64,000 bases of DNA from Squalus acanthias (Eukaryota), in the NCBI GenBank assembly GCA_030390025.1, contig JASTWF010000035.1, positions 3,224,001-3,288,000 on the forward strand, read 5' to 3'. Below the pieces are notes generated by a model. The model worked only from the letters and a program-made list of their open reading frames with translations, was not told the origin of the DNA and searched no databases. The translations under genes and the position numbers were made by a program. Shown here one piece after another: positions 63,060 through 64,000 of this stretch; position 1 is the first letter of the stretch; each line of letters starts with the position of its first letter.

Positions 63060-64000
63060 AATTTTTCATGCTCTCTTTGCTTTCCTAATATTTTTAATTG
63101 TACCCCTGCACTTTCTGTACTCCTCTAAAGATTCTGGAGTATTTAGCCCTCGGTATCTGTCATACGCCTCCCTTTTTTTCTCCTACCCTGTATGTCTCTA
63201 GACATCCAGGGGGCTCTACATTTGTTAGTCCCACCTTTTTTCTTTAAGGGCACATGTTTGGTCTGAACCCTCCGGATCTCCTCCTTGAATGCCTCCCACT
63301 GCTCTGACACTGATTTACCTTCAAGTAGCTGTTTCCAGTCCACTGTGGCTAAATCCCCTGAGTTTAGCAAAATTTGCTTTTCCCTAATTTAGAATTTTTA
63401 TTCCTGGTCTCTCCTTGTCCTTTTCCAAAACTAACTTAAATCTAACTGAATTATGGTCACTAGCACCAAAATGCTCCCCCACTGATGCGCCTTCTACCTG
63501 CCCAGCTTCATTCCCTAAAATTAAGTCTAGAACCGCCCCCTCCCTTGTTGGGCTTGCTACATACTGGCTAAAAAAGTTGTCCTGGATGCATTTTAGGAAT
63601 TCGCACCCTCTATACCCTTCACACTAATTTTATCCTAGTTAATATTTTGGTAGTCGAAATCCCCTACTCTTACTGCCCTATAGTTTTTGCACTTCTCAAG
63701 TTTGTCTACATAATTGTTCTTCTATCTCCCCCTCACTGTTTGGGGGTCTGTAGTACACTCCCAGCAGTGTGATCGCCCCTTTTTTGTTTTTCAATTCGAC
63801 CCATATGGCCTCGTTTGATGATCCCTCAAACATATCATCCCTCCTCACAGCTGTAATAGTTTCTTTAATCAATACCGCAACCCTCCCTCCCTTTTTACCT
63901 CCCTCTCTATCCAGTCTGAAAATCCTGTAACCAGGAATGTTGAGCTGCCATAGCTGCCCCTCTTTCAGCCACGTCTCTAATAGCTATAATATCATAGTCC
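63060..64000 (-). mobile_element. CR1 ORF2 APE/linker region, upstream part of the element at 54408-56326
   Basis: The minus strand shows YDIIAI.ETWL-, YYRPP- and GDF-like motifs and VDWKQLL..SEQWEAFK. Confidence 0.88.

Overview
This is eukaryotic, vertebrate DNA, most likely from a cartilaginous fish: it has HE1-type V-SINEs and very dense CR1/HER1-like LINEs. The species cannot be fixed from sequence alone. The window lies inside a minus-strand rhotekin-family gene (best match RTKN2). Only two small coding exons are visible (11333-11439 and 2420-2551), separated by an 8.8-kb intron, and I found no further exon in the remaining ~52 kb upstream. About 1 kb is unique sequence. The rest is kilobase-scale GA/CT low-complexity tracts, nested CR1 LINEs of several ages (two near full-length, with zinc-finger/leucine-zipper plus SGNH-esterase ORF1), HE1 SINEs, a TIR-bounded GC-rich DNA element, an ORF1-less APE-RT LINE with a tRNA-like 5' head, and a Penelope-like element carrying a minimal hammerhead ribozyme. 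A ~4.3-4.6 kb unit (CR1 fragment plus GA tract) is tandemly triplicated. I cannot show a wholly new biological system here. The best leads are the tRNA-headed LINE, the hammerhead, the TATA/splice-site architecture of the CR1 5' UTRs, the AG-poor pyrimidine mega-tracts in front of both exons, a SINE tail swap, and a ~60-bp target duplication. All alignments were done by eye, so boundaries of old fragments are approximate.
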